From: Camelus dromedarius
Lineage: Eukaryota
Direction of reading: 5' to 3'
DNA: 64,000 nucleotides
NCBI RefSeq assembly: GCF_036321535.1
Contig: NC_087436.1
Coordinates: forward strand, 79,176,001 to 79,240,000
Part shown: positions 1-13,648 of the stretch, piece by piece
How the letters are laid out: each line of letters begins with the position of its first letter
Position numbering within the stretch: position 1 is the stretch's first letter
Made by a program: the position numbers and the translations under genes
The notes under the pieces: model-generated
What the model was told of the DNA's origin: nothing
What the model saw: only the letters and a program-made list of their open reading frames with translations
Databases searched by the model: none

Positions 1-2256
1 TTTTTCTGTTGATTCATCATTAGTGTAAAGAAATGCAACTGTTTTATGAATGTTAATCTTGTAACCTGCTACCTTGCTGAATTCTTCCATCAGATCTAGT
101 AGTTTTTGTGTGGACCTTTTAGGGTTTTCTATATATAGTAACATGTCATTGGCATAGAGTGACACTTTTACCTCTTCTTTTCCAGTTTGGATCCCTTTTA
201 TTTCTCTCCCTTGTCTGATTGCTGTGGCTAGGACTTCAAAGGCTATGTTGAATAGGAGTGGTGATAGTGGGCATCCTTGTCTTGTCCCAGATTTTAGTGG
301 GAAGCTTTTGAGTTTTTCACTGTTGAGTACTATGCTGGCTGTAGGTTTGTCATATTTAGCTTTTATTATGTTGAGATATGTTCCCTCTATACCCACTTTG
401 GTGAGAGTTTTTTTTTTTTATCATAAATGGGTGTTGAATTTTATCAAATCATCTATTGAGATGATCATGTGGTTTTTGTCCTTTCTCTTGTTGATGTGAT
501 GTATTACATTGATTGATTTGTGTATGTTGAACCAGCCTTGTGTCCCTGGGGTGAACCCCACTTGGTCATGATGTATAATCTTTTCTATGTGTTGTTGGAT
601 TCTATTTGCTAAAATTTTGGTGAGGATTTTGGCGTCTATGTTCATCAGTGATATTGGCCTATAATTCTCTTTTTTGGTAGTGTCTTTGTCTGGTTTTGGT
701 ATCAGGGTGTTATAGAATGGTATCAGGCTTCATAGAATGAGTTTGGGAGTATTCCCTCCTTTTCAATCTTCTGGAAGAGTTTGAGAAGGTCTGGTATGAG
801 TTCTTCTTTGTATGTTCGGTAGAATTCCCTGGTGAAGCCGTCCGGTCCTAGACTTTTACTTGTAGGGAGGTTTTTTAATTGCTATTTTGATTTCATTTCT
901 AGTGATAGGTTTGTTCAAGTGGTCAGTTTCTTCTTGATTCAGTCTTGGTGGACAGTATGTTTCCAGAAACTTGTCCATCTCCTCTAGGTTATCCAGTTTG
1001 GTACCATATAGTTTTTCATAATATTCTCATATGATATTCTGTATTTCTATTATATTTATTGTAATTTCTCCATTATCCTTTCTTATTTTGCTAATTTGTG
1101 CTCTCTCTTTTTTCTTCTTTGTGAGTTTGGCCAGAGGTTTGTTGATTTTATTTACTTTTTCAAAAAACCAGCTTTTGGTTGATTCATTTTTTCTATGGTC
1201 TTTTTAACCTGTATTTTATTTATTTCCTCCCTAACCTTTATAATTTCCTTCCTTCTGCTGCCTTTTGGGTTTTTTTTGTTCTTCTTTTTCTAGTTCACTC
1301 AGCTGGTGGGTTAAATTGTTTATTTGAGATTGTTCTTCATTTTTGAGGAAGGCCTGTATTGCTATAAACTTCCCTCTTAGCACTGCCTTTGCTGTGTCCC
1401 ATAAATTTTGTATGGTTTTGATTTCATTTTCATTTGTCTCAAGGTATTTTTTAATTTCAGCTTTGATTTCCTCATTGACCCATTGGTTTTTTAATTACAT
1501 TGTTTAATCTCCATGCTTTCCTTTTTTCTCCTTTGTTTCTCTGTTGTTGATTTCTAATTTCATGGCATTGTGGTCAGTAAAGATGCTTGAGATAATTTCT
1601 ATCTTCTTAAAGTTGCTGAGGTTTCTTTTGTGCCCAAGTACATGATCAATCCTGGAAAATGTTCCATGTGCACTTGAAAAGAATTTTTATTCTATTTTTG
1701 GCGGGTGTAATGCTCTGAAAATATCCACCAAATCTAATTTCCCTGTTGTATTATTTAATTTCTCTGTTGCCTTATTTATTTTCTGTCTGGAAGATCTGTC
1801 TAGTGATGTTAATGCTGTGTTAAAATCTCCAGCTATGATTGTATTCCCATCAATATCCCCCTTTATCTCTGTTAGTAATTGTTTTATGTACTTAGGTGCT
1901 CCTATATTGGGTGCATATATATTACTGAGTGTAATATCCTCAACTTGTATCACTCCTTTAATCATTATAAAATGTCCTTCTTTATCTTTCTTTATGCCCT
2001 TTGTTTTAAAGTCTATTTTGTCTGAAATCAGTACTGCAACAGCTGCTTTTTTGGCTTTTCCATTTGCATGGAATATCCTTTTCCATCCTTTCACTCTCAA
2101 TCTATATGCGTCCTTCTCCCTAAAGTGGGTCTCTTGTATGCAGCATATTGAAGGTTCTTGCTTTATTATCCAGTCTGCCTCTCTATGTCTTTTGACTGGA
2201 GCATTTAGTCCATTAACATTTACAGTAATTAATGATAGATGTGTCTTTATTGCCAT
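1..2256 (-). pseudogene. L1 ORF2 (APE endonuclease and start of reverse transcriptase), disrupted
   Basis: ORF 2256-1687 has NVNGLN, CCIQETH and IIAGDFNT; ORF 645-421 has [17 protein letters not shown]. Premature stop at 1687 and a short frameshifting deletion near 450. Confidence 0.95.
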
Positions 2257-2599
2257 TTTGAACTTATCTTTGCAGTTGATTTGGTATTTCCTCTTTGTTC
2301 CTTTCTTCTTCCTTTTGTGGTTTGGTAATTTTCCTTTGTATTATCATGGATTTTATTTAGTTTTTGTGACTCCCTTGTAAGTTTCTGGCTTATGGTTACC
2401 CTTTTTTGTAAATCTATTAGCCCATTACTATAACTGTTTTTATTAAACTGATAGTAACATGTTCTCAAACCCATCCTATCAAGAACAAAAAATTTAAAAA
2501 GAAAGAAGAAAAATTTCTATATTTCCCTGTCTCCCTCTCCCACTCTCAATGATTTGTATGTTCTTTTATAATTTCGTGTTTATTTTATTTGTAATTCAT

Positions 2600-3578
2600 C
2601 AGTTATCACCTTTCAAGTTGTGAGTTTCTCACTTCTGTAGCATCCTGCTGCTTTTCTATTTAGAGTAGACCTTTCAATATTTCTTTTAGCATGGGTTTAG
2701 TGTTGCTAAACTCTTGTAGCTTTTTCTTGTCTGTGAAATTCTTTATGTCTCCTTCTATCCTAAAGGATAGCCTTGCTGGATAAAGTATCATAGGCTGCAT
2801 CTTTTTTTCATTCAGGACTTTGAATATATCTTGCCACTCCCTTCTGGCCTGTAGTATTTGTGTAGAGAAACAGCCGAGAGCCTTATGGGGGTTCCCTTGT
2901 AACTCACTCTTTGCTTTTCTCTTGCTGCCTTTAGGATCATTTCTTTATCCTTGACTCTGGCCATCTTGATTATGATATGTCTTGGTGTGGGTCTATTTGG
3001 GTTCTTCCTGTTTGGGACCCTCTGAGCTTCCTGTACTTGGATATCTGATTCCTTCTTTAAGTTTGGGAAGTTTTCAGTCATGATTTCTTCAAAAACCTTT
3101 TCAACCCCCTTTGATCTTTCTTCCCCTACTGGGACCCCTATTATGTGAAGATTGGCATGCTTTATATTATCCCATAGGTCCCTTATGCTATTTTCATTTG
3201 TTTTTATTTGTTTTTCTTGTAGCTGTTCTGATTGGGTGCTTTCTATTGTCCTGTCTTTTGGTCACTAATTCATTCCTCTGCATTATCTAGTCGGCTTTGC
3301 ACAGCCTTTAGATCATTCCTCATCTCAGCCAATGAGTTTACCAATTCTACTTGGCTCTTGTTTATAGCTACCATTTCATTTTTGACACATTTTATATCTC
3401 TAAACACTATCTCTTTTTGTTCCTTCAGTACTTTGATCACTCCTTTTTTGAAACCTTGGTCTAGTAGGCTATTGATGTCTATTTCATTGATCATTCTTTC
3501 AGGGGCTTTCTCTTGTTCTTTTAATTGGGAGTGGTTTCTCTGCTTCATCTTGCTCATATCTCTCTGGCACTGTGGCAT
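2600..3578 (-). pseudogene. L1 ORF1 (RNA-binding protein), disrupted
   Basis: Fragments 3578-3270 (coiled-coil-like) and 3081-2812 (ENFPNL, QEAQRVP, RPTPRHIIIK) are separated by stops/frameshifts. Confidence 0.9.
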
Positions 3579-3680
3579 ATGGAGTATTAGTTATCTATTG
3601 TGATCCTTAAAGGAGTTTATTTATCTATTTAATGCGTATGTAGGAATAAAACTTTAAAAAAAAAAGGAGAGAGAGAGAGA

Positions 3681-4372
3681 AAGAGAATTTTAAAAGAAGG
3701 GAGAAAAAAGGTTTGAAAACAGTGTACAATCAATTATAGAAGTGCAATTTGAATCAGACTAGCATTCGAGTTGCGATGTCTTTTTTTAAAAACCCTTAAA
3801 AAACAGGAAAAATGATCAAAAATCGGTATTTGAAACCTATTTATAATCAATAACAGGAGATCAAAACTAAAAGAAATGAAAATGAAATCAGGTGGATTTA
3901 AAAAAAATAATATAACTATTTTAAAAGAAAAATTTTAAAAGGAATTAAAACTAGAAGCATATACAATTGTTTAGAAAGTAGAAATTTAAAAAGTAATAAA
4001 AAATAGAACAGATAAAAAAGATATGATAAAGAGAATTTTGAAAAAGGGGAGGAAAAAAGGTTTGAAAACAGTGTATAATGAATAATTAAAAAGCAAGCTG
4101 AAGCAGAATAGCAATTGGGTTGAGACGTCTCTTAAAAAACTTTAAAAAAGGAGAAAAAGAGGAAAAAAAAATTTGAAACCTGTGTATAATCAATAACAGG
4201 AGATCAAAACCAAGAGAGATAAAAATGACATGACGTGGATTTTTAAAAATAATATTATTTTAAAAGAAACATTTAAAAGGGGTTAAAACTGGGAGGATAT
4301 GTAGTTGTTTAAAAAGTAAAAATTAAAAAGGTAGTAGAAAATACAACAGGTAAAAACAGATTAAAAAAAAAA
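3681..4372. repeat. Tandem duplication of a ~345-bp A-rich unit inside the L1 5'UTR
   Basis: Both units (3681-~4027, ~4029-4372) begin aagagaatttt..aggtttgaaaacagtgta and contain taatcaataacaggagatcaaaac. Confidence 0.85.
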
Positions 4373-4379
4373 AGGAGGG

Positions 4380-5500
4380 TGGAGGGGGTATTCTCCTGGA
4401 GACTGTGTGCTCTTAATGAGAAGTCTTTGTCTTCACCCTGTTTTGTGAACTCAGCTTGCTATTTCCAGAGGCCCTCTGTTGGCGCCCTTGTCTGTGCTGC
4501 TCCCAGTGCCTGTCGGCAAGCAGATCGCGCCCCCTCCCAGCACAGCATTCCTGCCGTAAAGGTGGGGGGCTACCCGCCGTCTCCTGGCGCCGGTGGATCC
4601 GCAGTTCCGCCCCGCGCTTCGCTCGCTCTGCCCTGGGTCCGCAGGCGGGCCCGCCCCTGCTCCGTGTCCAAACTCAGCTCCTCGTTTGTCCTGGTGGCGT
4701 GAACTTTGCGAGGCACCCGGGCACAAGGATCCTATCTGACTCGGGCTACAAACAAGTCACTGTCTGGCCTTTGAGGCTGCTGAGCCCCTAGGTGCGGATT
4801 CAGGTTTGCCCCTGCCCCTACCTGGGTGCCAAGTGCCAGAGGATATGGCAGCTGCGCCTGAGTCCCGCGTCTCCTCCAGGAAAACCTTCTGTGGGTTTTC
4901 AGAGATGGGGGTATGCACCCTTCCCCCCAGGGCACATCAGCCATGCTGTTTTATGGAGGGCCGTGGTTGTTCTGCCCTGTGCACCCACTCATCCACGTTG
5001 TGCAGCACCCTGCAGTCCCCCCAGGCTGCCTCAGTGCAGCCATCTGTCCCCGTCCTCCGCCCGGCTCGGGCAGCCTGTCCCAGCCCCCAGCTCCCAGCTC
5101 GGGTCTCGGGCTGGGTGTCGCAGGGACCCTCTGTGCCCATTTAACTTGGTTCTGTAGGTCAAGGGCTGCTCGGTACAGATCCGAGCCTCGGAGGCTCCCC
5201 CTCCATCCCTCTGGCCTCTCGGTTGGAGAAGGGGAGACCCCGCGAACGAGAGCTAGTCCTCCTTCGCCACTCCCTCCCCGCGGGACAGGACTCGCACTGT
5301 TTTGCCTTTTTGTCTTTGTTTTTTTCCTTTCTCCTACCAGATTTTTGGCATCTTTATCTTTTGAAGAGGACAATGTTCTGTCGGAGTTCTGCAGGTGCTC
5401 TGGTTGGCTGAGTGGGTCCGTGGATGTGAGTCTTGGTGTATCTGTGGGAGAGGGTGAGCCGCGAGCATCCTACTGCTCTGTCATCTTTGCCTCGTCTCAG
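4380..5500 (-). promoter_or_regulatory. GC/CpG-rich L1 5'UTR internal promoter region
   Basis: Dense CpGs and GC-box-like motifs (ccgccc) compared with AT-rich flanks; lies at the L1 5' end. Confidence 0.75.
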
Positions 5501-6104
5501 TCCATGAATTTTAATTATATGCCCTTAATGCTTTCAGTCTTTGAATCTACATCATTATGTGTAAGAATGCCAAGTACGATAAAGTACTTTAATTTTTGAA
5601 AAAGAAGTTGATAAAATTTTTGTGTGATTAATTCTCCTTATGTAACCTTGAATGAATGGATTTCTTGGTTTATGGTAACAGATATTGGAAATGGTTTTAC
5701 ACTGTAATGGATTTTGTTAAGCATGATGAAGTCTTTCTAGGACACGTGAAGAAGTAACAGATAGATATGGAAAGTCCTCCGTCTCAGATGTCAGATGATT
5801 TTTGATCTAGAAGAACATTTATAGTTATTTCACTCCTTTTGTCACCTTCATCCCCTCAAATTTCTAGTTTTTTTAAAAAGTAACTTCTTCATGAGAGAAA
5901 TAAATATTATTAAGATTAAAAAATTTTTTTAAATAAATGAATGAAGTTTTAATAGCAGTGACATATTTCATTTGAACTGATTTATCCTTTAATTATACCA
6001 GAATGGAATTTTTTTTAAAACCTTGAGTTCCTTCATTTTTAACACTTCATTGTTATTTAGTGTATTATTTAGATTTGTTTCTTATCTATTTATTTATTTT
6101 TATT

Positions 6105-6450
6105 TTTTAACTTTTTTTTTAATGGAAGTACAGTCAGTTTACAATGTTGTGTTATTTTCTGGTGTACAGCATAATGCTTCAGTCATACATGAATATACAT
6201 ATATTTGTTTTCATATTCTTTTTCACTGTAAGCTACTACAAGATATTGAACATAGTTCCCTGTGCTATACAGCATAAACTTGTTTATCTATTTTATATAT
6301 ACCAGTCAGTATATGCAAATCTTGAGCCCCCAGTTTTTCCTTCCTAGCCCCCTCCTCTCTGGTAAACATAAGTTTGTTTTCTATGTCTGTTTCTGTTTTA
6401 TAAATAAGTTCGTTTGTCTTTTTTTTTTTTAGATTCTACATATGAGTGAT
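6105..6450 (-). mobile_element. 5'-truncated L1 3' end
   Basis: Poly-T followed by L1 3'UTR motifs tttacaatgttgtgtt..ttccctgtgctatacag..agattctacatatgagtgata. Confidence 0.85.
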
Positions 6451-6459
6451 AAGAGAAAA

Positions 6460-7330
6460 ACATTTTTTTGAAACAACTTTTGACTTGACAGAAAAGTTGC
6501 AAAAATAGAAGAGACTTCTCATGTGCTCTTCAGCTAATTTCTTTTAAAATCAACATCTCATATAACCACAGGAAGGTGATCAAAACCAGAAAATCAACAT
6601 TGGTACAATAAAATTAGCTCAGCCACAGACATGATTTGAATCTTAAGCGTTTTTCCATTTTCTGCTCAAGGATTCAACCCAGGATTCGACATTACATTTA
6701 GTTGTCATCTCTCTCAATCTCCTCCAACCTGGAGAAATGCCCCAGTTTTTCTTTGCTTTTCATGACTTGTTTGTAGAGTACCTATGCTAAATTAACCTCG
6801 TCTCCAAGGAGCTCTGGTTCCTTTCATTGGAGAATGGTATTTAGAAAAGATCTGGGTGCGAGGTGGGCTCACTGCTGTTGGGTTCTCATTGCTCTTAGGC
6901 TGCTTCGGTAAAGCGAGGAGATATACGTACATTTACGTGTACATATGCATCAATATGTACATGGATACACATGTGGATGTGCGTACATACAGCTCTATCA
7001 ACCAAAACCATGTGTTCATGCTGATAATTCTAATTCTAAACTTCATACCTCTAATTCTAATTCAATACCGCAAGAATTAATGCTAGCTTTCCTCCTTGCC
7101 TTATTTTCAGTTCTTTTTCAGACCGTGAAAAATTGAGCTCTCATTATCTATGATACACTTACTTATTTGTTCAATCCTAGTATGTACACCGGATGGTTTC
7201 AGAATTGCTAACCCATACCGCTGTGAGACACTGATTTACTAACTAGTGTCATTGTCGTGTACAGTTCTTTTGCTTTTCGCTTTACAGGATCAGGCCAGAA
7301 CACTGTTTCCCAAAGTTACTTCAGTTAATT
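6460..7330 (-). mobile_element. Old L1 (L1MC/MD-like) 3' region
   Basis: cagaaaagttgcaaaaatag..aaaaccagaaaatcaacattggtacaat resembles the recalled L1MC 3' end. Confidence 0.65.
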
Positions 7331-8657
7331 CTTTTCTTTGTTGCTGCCGTTAGTGTGGGTACAGAAAACATACTCAGAAAAGAGTTACACTCTCTTCATC
7401 TCTGGTACCCGATTCCCATCACCCTGTATCTACACACCCCCTGTAGGTAACTAATCTCTTTAGTTTCTGGCTTATCTTCCTTCATCTATTTCGCACTTGT
7501 GTAGAGAGGAAATGAGACCCAGCCCATAACCCCACCCTTGCATAACTTTGTGAATACACTAAACCCACTGAATCGTACTCTGAAAAGGTGAATTTTATAG
7601 TATGTGAGTTATATGTCAAATTTTAAAAAGCTGGGAGTTAGAAATCCTTTTCATCCTTAAAAAGAAAACAGCTGGAGCTAAGCTCCACTGTCCGTGCATT
7701 TTTCTACTCAGCATCTGGAGCAACTGGTGCTGTCGTTCATATGGAACAGAGGGCCAGCTTCTTGTGAAATTATCAGTAATATTCTTCTAAATGGAAAATT
7801 GGCCATTATGTAAATATTTGCATGGAAAAATCGAGCATTTCCAGATGCTAATGAGGGTAGAACATTTCCATTTCTCAGGCTTTTATCAGGTCACGTGTAA
7901 GTGAATCTTAATGTCCTTTTCTTGTACTCTGGGCCCATTGTTATAAACACTGCTAGAAATCACGGCATTTCTCCAGAAGTAATATTCTATCCTAAAAGGA
8001 GTGATGTCAAAGATCATTCTGGCTTATTATCTCTTATTTTTCAGTGAAAGTATGCACATCATTAAACTTCATGTGGCGAGAAGACTGTAGAGTCTATGAG
8101 CTTGAACTGTGGGGGAGCTGCTTTGACTGTCAGTGCAGCAGAGAGAAGTAGCCCTGCTCACAGGTACATTTCCTTAACAAACATTCTCTCAGGAGGAAGG
8201 AAAATGAAATGAATAAAGACCAGGTGATTTACAACACACTTGGTAAAGGAGAATTATAAATATTACAACACCAGTTTGGGGGCAAGCTATCTCTGTGCTT
8301 AGATCCTCACCCACCTCCAGCTCATGCCAACACCATGTCAGTTTATATCTGGTGGAAATACTTTTCCAGAAAGTTGTAATTGAGAATATGGTTTTATGAT
8401 AAGGAGGATGTACTGGGGAAGGGGCTGTGACGTTGGTTTCCCTGGGCAAGCTTTATCTTTATTGTGGGTTAAATTCCTGTCCTTCGGCAGCTAGGTGGGA
8501 GACTGTCCATTTCTTGGGGGAACACTGTCTCCATGCTCAAGAGCTACAGACTTGTAGACAGGCCCAGCTTTCTTCATGAAATGTGGCAACTCTCATTAGG
8601 GAGAGACCATGCATAGGTTACAGGTAACAGAACCTACTCACCTGCCCCTCTTTCCCC

Positions 8658-8702
8658 AACAAAACAAAACAAAACAAAACAAAACAAAACAAAACAAAAA
8701 AA
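8658..8702. repeat. (AAAAC)n microsatellite, about 8 units
   Basis: Directly visible. Confidence 0.95.
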
Positions 8703-10099
8703 GAAACAAGAGCCTGAGGACAGGGATCTAAACAGCCTTTTGAAATAACCAGAACTGGGGACTTGAGCACGGCTGAGATCTCTTTCTGTCTTATTTTTGT
8801 TCCTTCTGATGGCAGACTGGCCTTGTCTGAAGTAAGGAGTGGCCGCATGGCTTGGGGAAGGCCACATCATATAAAGTGACGGGTTTCCTCTCAACAGGCT
8901 GGAGCAGAGACTGAAAAGATTCAGCCTGGGTGGCACAGGCTTGCCTGGCACTTGGAAGGAGTCTGCAGAAGAGGAGGGCACAATTTTACCCCGGTGTGTC
9001 CCTTGGTCCCTGTGTGATGGCTCAGTAGGAACCCAAGGTCCTAGCTGTGTTTCTGGTTTCCCTGGCATCCCACCGTGCTCAGATGGTCCAAGACTCAGCT
9101 CCGTTATTGAGCCCAAGGACCCTCAAGATATCTTGAACCTCTTACCCAATATCAAGGCAGGGCCCTGATCCCTCAGAGCTTCCTCCCCATCCCACCCAAC
9201 AACAAAACCAAGGTGCAAATGAGAAATCATAGCTATGGGAGAAGCTTCCGGAGGTTATAGAAGACTTTAATTATTATGCAAACCTGCCAATTCTTCACCA
9301 AAGGAAAAAAGGAATATATAGCTAAAACTGAGACGCCAAGTCTTGAGGACTCCCTAGGAAGGCAAGCAATGTGTGCCTCCTCACACTTCAAAAATACTTG
9401 TTCAGCACTTCAGCCTCCTCTCTGCATCAGAGAGAAATTTCACGTTCGTTTAAGACGTTGAAAACAATTTAGGAGGCCAGTGACGGCAAATTGTAGGAGC
9501 CACTTCAGAACTCGACAATTGCAATGCTGTCTCCAGAAAAACTGTGAATGCATATTTTTAGAAAGTTTTCTTTTCATTTTTTTGAAAGTAGGACATGCAC
9601 ATGATTAAACGTTTTCAAATAATACAGAAGGCTTTTTAACCAGAGAAGCAGCAGTTTCCTGCTCTACCTTTCTGTCATTGTAATCCTGCTCCACAGAGGG
9701 AAAGCATTTTAACTCAGATATTTCTGTTTCTGTTTTTAGTTTTCCGGGGATATTGTCATGTTGTCCCTCGATAATATATTATACTGTTGTTTTTTGATAA
9801 TAATTTTGGACATTATCTATGGCTTGCAGGGAGGTAGAAGAAGGTTATGCACTTCTAGTTTCCCCCTCAGTCCCCCCTCCCAACACAGCACCAGGACTAT
9901 TTTCAGTTCCTACTTTAATTCCTTCATAACTTTAAATGCTACACGTAGACCTTTGTGTTTGGTTCTCTCTTATTTAGACAGTATCCCTCGATTTTCTGTT
10001 TTGAGAGGCAAGAAGAGTGGTGACCTGACCCTGTCTTGTTGCCCTCTTCTCCATTTCTGCCTCCTAGCTTCTGTTCTCTCTGGTTTTACTTCTCTATTT

Positions 10100-10300
10100 T
10101 TTAAAAAAAATTGAAGTATAGTGGATTTATAATGTGTTAGTTTTTGGGGTATAGCATAGTGATTCAGTTACACATCATATATTCCTTTCACGTTCTTTTT
10201 TATTACAGGCTATTACAAGCTATTGAATATAGTTCCCTGTGCTATACAGTAGAATCTTATTAATTTATTAATTTATTTATTTTTATTATTTTTTAGGAGC
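10100..10300 (-). mobile_element. Short L1 3' end fragment
   Basis: ttgaagtatagt..atagtgattcagt..attgaatatagttccctgtgctatacagtag. Confidence 0.8.
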
Positions 10301-11239
10301 TTATTGTTTATACTTTTCTATTTTTGAAGTTGATAAAACTTACATTCTGTTCTGTACCTGTAATTAAGTAATTTGTATATTGTCCAATCGTTGAATCTAA
10401 ATAGTTCAAAAAAGCAATATTAGTATTATTGTGACTATATGACTATTGTTAAGGACAGAGCCAAGGTTCATTTTTCTTTGTCCGTTCAATGCACACTTAC
10501 TAATTGCTGGGCACTTTTCTAATCACTCTGCAATTATTAACTAACCTGGTCCTCATGACAGCCCTCTGAGGAAGGCTGAACCTTAGGAAATTTATTTTAA
10601 GAGTGAGGAGACGTCCAGGCAGAAAAGTTAACAACTAGGGAAATGTCACAGTTAGTTAACTGAGGAGTCAGGACTTTTTTTCCCCTGAAGTTTCTATTCA
10701 CTGTTCTTTATTTCTTATGCACTTTAAACATCTTCTGAATGTCAATTTCAAATCTTGGGAATTTTGTTTTCTCTAGATTGTTCCTTCCTAAAACATCTAC
10801 CTTCTTGTTCCAATTTGGATCAGTTGTTCTCTAGACCTGCTGTGTTTCTCTCTGTCCAAAACTTTTCTTTATTCCTCCCCAGGGCTTTTTAAACTCCAGA
10901 TCACCCTTTTGCGTTGTTTACTCTGTTTGACTAGATCACACTGAATGTGACTTCCTAAGACAGGAGGGGTGGGAAGTGCATTTTTGAGTCTTTCCACGTC
11001 TGAAAAATGTTTTATTCTTCCTTTGCACTTCATAGTTTAATTATATTTAGAATTCTGTGTTTAAAATAAAGTCTCTTATGGGAAGGAGGGATGAGCTGAA
11101 AGTGAGGGGGCTCAATCCAAAAGAAGGTAAGAAAGAAGAGAGAAAAGAGAGGAAGAGAAAGCAGAAAGTAAGATGGCAGATTCCCCCCACCCTGGCCAAA
11201 TGTATTAAGCACTTTATTTTTTTTAATTTGAAAAAAAAT

Positions 11240-11365
11240 TTTTAACATTTTTTATTGAGTTATAGTCATTTTACAATGTTGTGTCAAATTCCAGTGTAGA
11301 GCACAATTTTTCAGCTATACGTGAACATATATATATTCATTGTCACATTTTTTTTCACTGTGAGC
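11240..11365 (-). mobile_element. Young lineage-specific L1 extreme 3' end
   Basis: Near-identical to 29101-29222 (taacattttttattga..cattttacaatgttgtgtcaaatt). Confidence 0.85.
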
Positions 11366-13648
11366 ATTCCCTTTAAATTCCTAAGTTAAAACAGAAAGTT
11401 CTTAGATCAGGTTTTTAAAATAAGCAAATGCAGCCACACGTTCTTATCAAGATTTGCAGCAACATAATACAAAGAAACTTTAAAAGTCAAGGGATAGATA
11501 AAAGTCTACCAGGCAACTAGCCAAAAGCAAGCTAGCGTCACTGTATTACCATCAGACCAATAATACTAGAATGCAGTGAAAATGCATGAACCCTGACGTT
11601 CAGCTGGTTCAGCTGTCTGCACCAATACGGGTGAGCTCAAAAACACAAGTGGAAAAGGCTAGTCAGAGGAATGCATGTGATGGGAAGATACTTGTAGAAA
11701 TTTCATATAATGAATATATGTTTTTTAATACATATTTCCAAACCAAGATTATATAGGTCAGCAGTACATGCATATGTGGCGAAACTGTAAAGGAAATCAA
11801 AGAAATGGTTAGCGCAAAGTTGGGAAAGGGGGAGCAGGATCAGGGCGGGGCCCTCAGGTGTCACAGGCACTAGTGATGTGAAATATCTTTAGCAGAGTGT
11901 TGGGTTCATGGGTGTTCATTTTACTATTATTTTTAAGCCATGTTTGTATGTTATGTGCACTCTTGTCTATAAATTTCCTTGGGAATTTTGAAGGCATTGC
12001 TCCATGGTCTTTTACCATCAGATGTGACTGAGAAGTCAATTTAATTTTTATTCTTTTGGAAGCAGTATGTTTTTGGAAGCTTTTAGCATTTTCACTTTTA
12101 TGCTTATGTTTCCTCCTTTCATTGTGCTGAGTCCTTTGTCGATCCTTTCATTCCAAAGACATATCCTTCAGTGCTAGGAAAATCTCTTATATTATTTCAT
12201 TCAGTTATTGTTTCTGATGCCAATGCATGTCTTAATTCCATCTTCCATTGTTTTCATTATTTCTGAAACAGTAACTGGGATTCTTATAGGAAAGATAAAA
12301 CTCCCACTTCCTTTTGGCCTCCTCTACAAGTGTTCTAGACCACAGCTTCCTCTATTTGTTCTTCAACTACTATTTCTCCACTTACTTTACGTCTTCTAGG
12401 AATTCATTGAACTCTCTCCTTTCTGCTGATGACTGTTTTTCCAGTCTCTGGGTTTTAACTTAAAGTCTGCAGGAATGATTCTTAAATGCTCGTTTGTTGG
12501 CTTTTCAGCTCAAAGTTTCTCCATCAGTTTTTTCTGAGATGCAGAGAGAAAATCAGTGGGGGAGGATTGAGTGCAACCAAGGGACTTGGAGCCAGAGCCC
12601 GAATGAAGCCATACCTGCATACCTGAATACCTGAATAAGCACCAAAAAATACCGCTTAGTCACTCACTGTGCAATCTTGGAGAGACAAGTTGATTCTCTT
12701 ATCTGTGCTTCAGTTTCGGGTAAGATGGAGGTAATAATCTTAAATGTACCAGTGAACAAGACAGAAAATCGCAGGCTTCGTGCAACTTACGTCAAATATC
12801 TTACCCCTGATACACAGATTGCCCCCCTTCCACTAGTTTAGCCTTATGGAGGAGGGTTTCTCTCAGACAAAGGGAGAATTGAACATTCTGATCGCTAAAT
12901 CGGGATAAACTGGTGGCAGTGGGTTAGCCGTGTGTGTGGGCACTGGGGGAGAATTGAGTCTGTGCACTCCCTCCACAGAGCCTTTGCACACACTCTTTCG
13001 CCCACTGCCTACACTGCCCTGTCCCTCTTGGCTAGTTAAGTCCTGTTTGTCTTCTAGATTTCAGCTCAGTTGTCAGTTTCTTTGGGAAGCTTTCCCGGAC
13101 CCAGATCATGGTCATGTCAACCCTGCTACCTTCAGCTCTTCAAACTGTGTTTTTCTTTCTGCTGATACAACATCCTCCCACTAGAAAACCTCCTCCATGT
13201 GGTTTTATTATATGACCTCTGCACAGATTCCTCCTAAATTCCTCCCTACCCTCAGGACCTCTGTCTTGTTTCTCATCTCAAGAATGTCATACTGTCCAGT
13301 ATTTCCTCTTGTCCTGCTGACCCAGGCACAGTTTTCTTGCTGACAAAGCCTTGTTTGGTTCTGTTGGTTAAGTGAATTCTATTTTTTTTTCTCTTATTTA
13401 CTGATCACTTTCATTAATTTTCTCTCTAAATATTGTGCCATTTACTTGGAAAGAATAATATAGGTAAATGTACAAAATTCAAAAGCCATAAAAGAGTATG
13501 CAGTGAAAAGTAAGTCTCCTTCCCTCTCTGGTCCCCCAGTTACACCATCCCCCCGTATGAAGCTTTTACTGATGCCAGTTTCTTTTGTATCTTTCAGCAA
13601 TAGTAGATTTATTACAAGGATGTCCATCTAGATATTGTTTTTTTTCTT

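Larger units (their letters stand above)
1..5503 (-). mobile_element. 5'-complete LINE-1 (5'UTR, ORF1, spacer, ORF2 running off the window edge), inactivated
   Basis: 5' end resembles the L1 start (GGCAAAGATGACAGAGCAGTAGG, YY1-like), CpG-rich 5'UTR, ORF1 peptides (PRHIIIKMARVKDKE, GTPIRLSA), ORF2 endonuclease and RT peptides. Confidence 0.97.

Noticed and set aside
4379..5599. Many 60-228 aa ORFs on both strands
   Set aside because: They lie in the GC-rich L1 5'UTR where stop codons are rare, and none resembles a known protein.
6915..6995. Quasi-palindromic TACA/TGTA-rich stretch
   Set aside because: Decayed purine-pyrimidine low-complexity tract inside an old L1.
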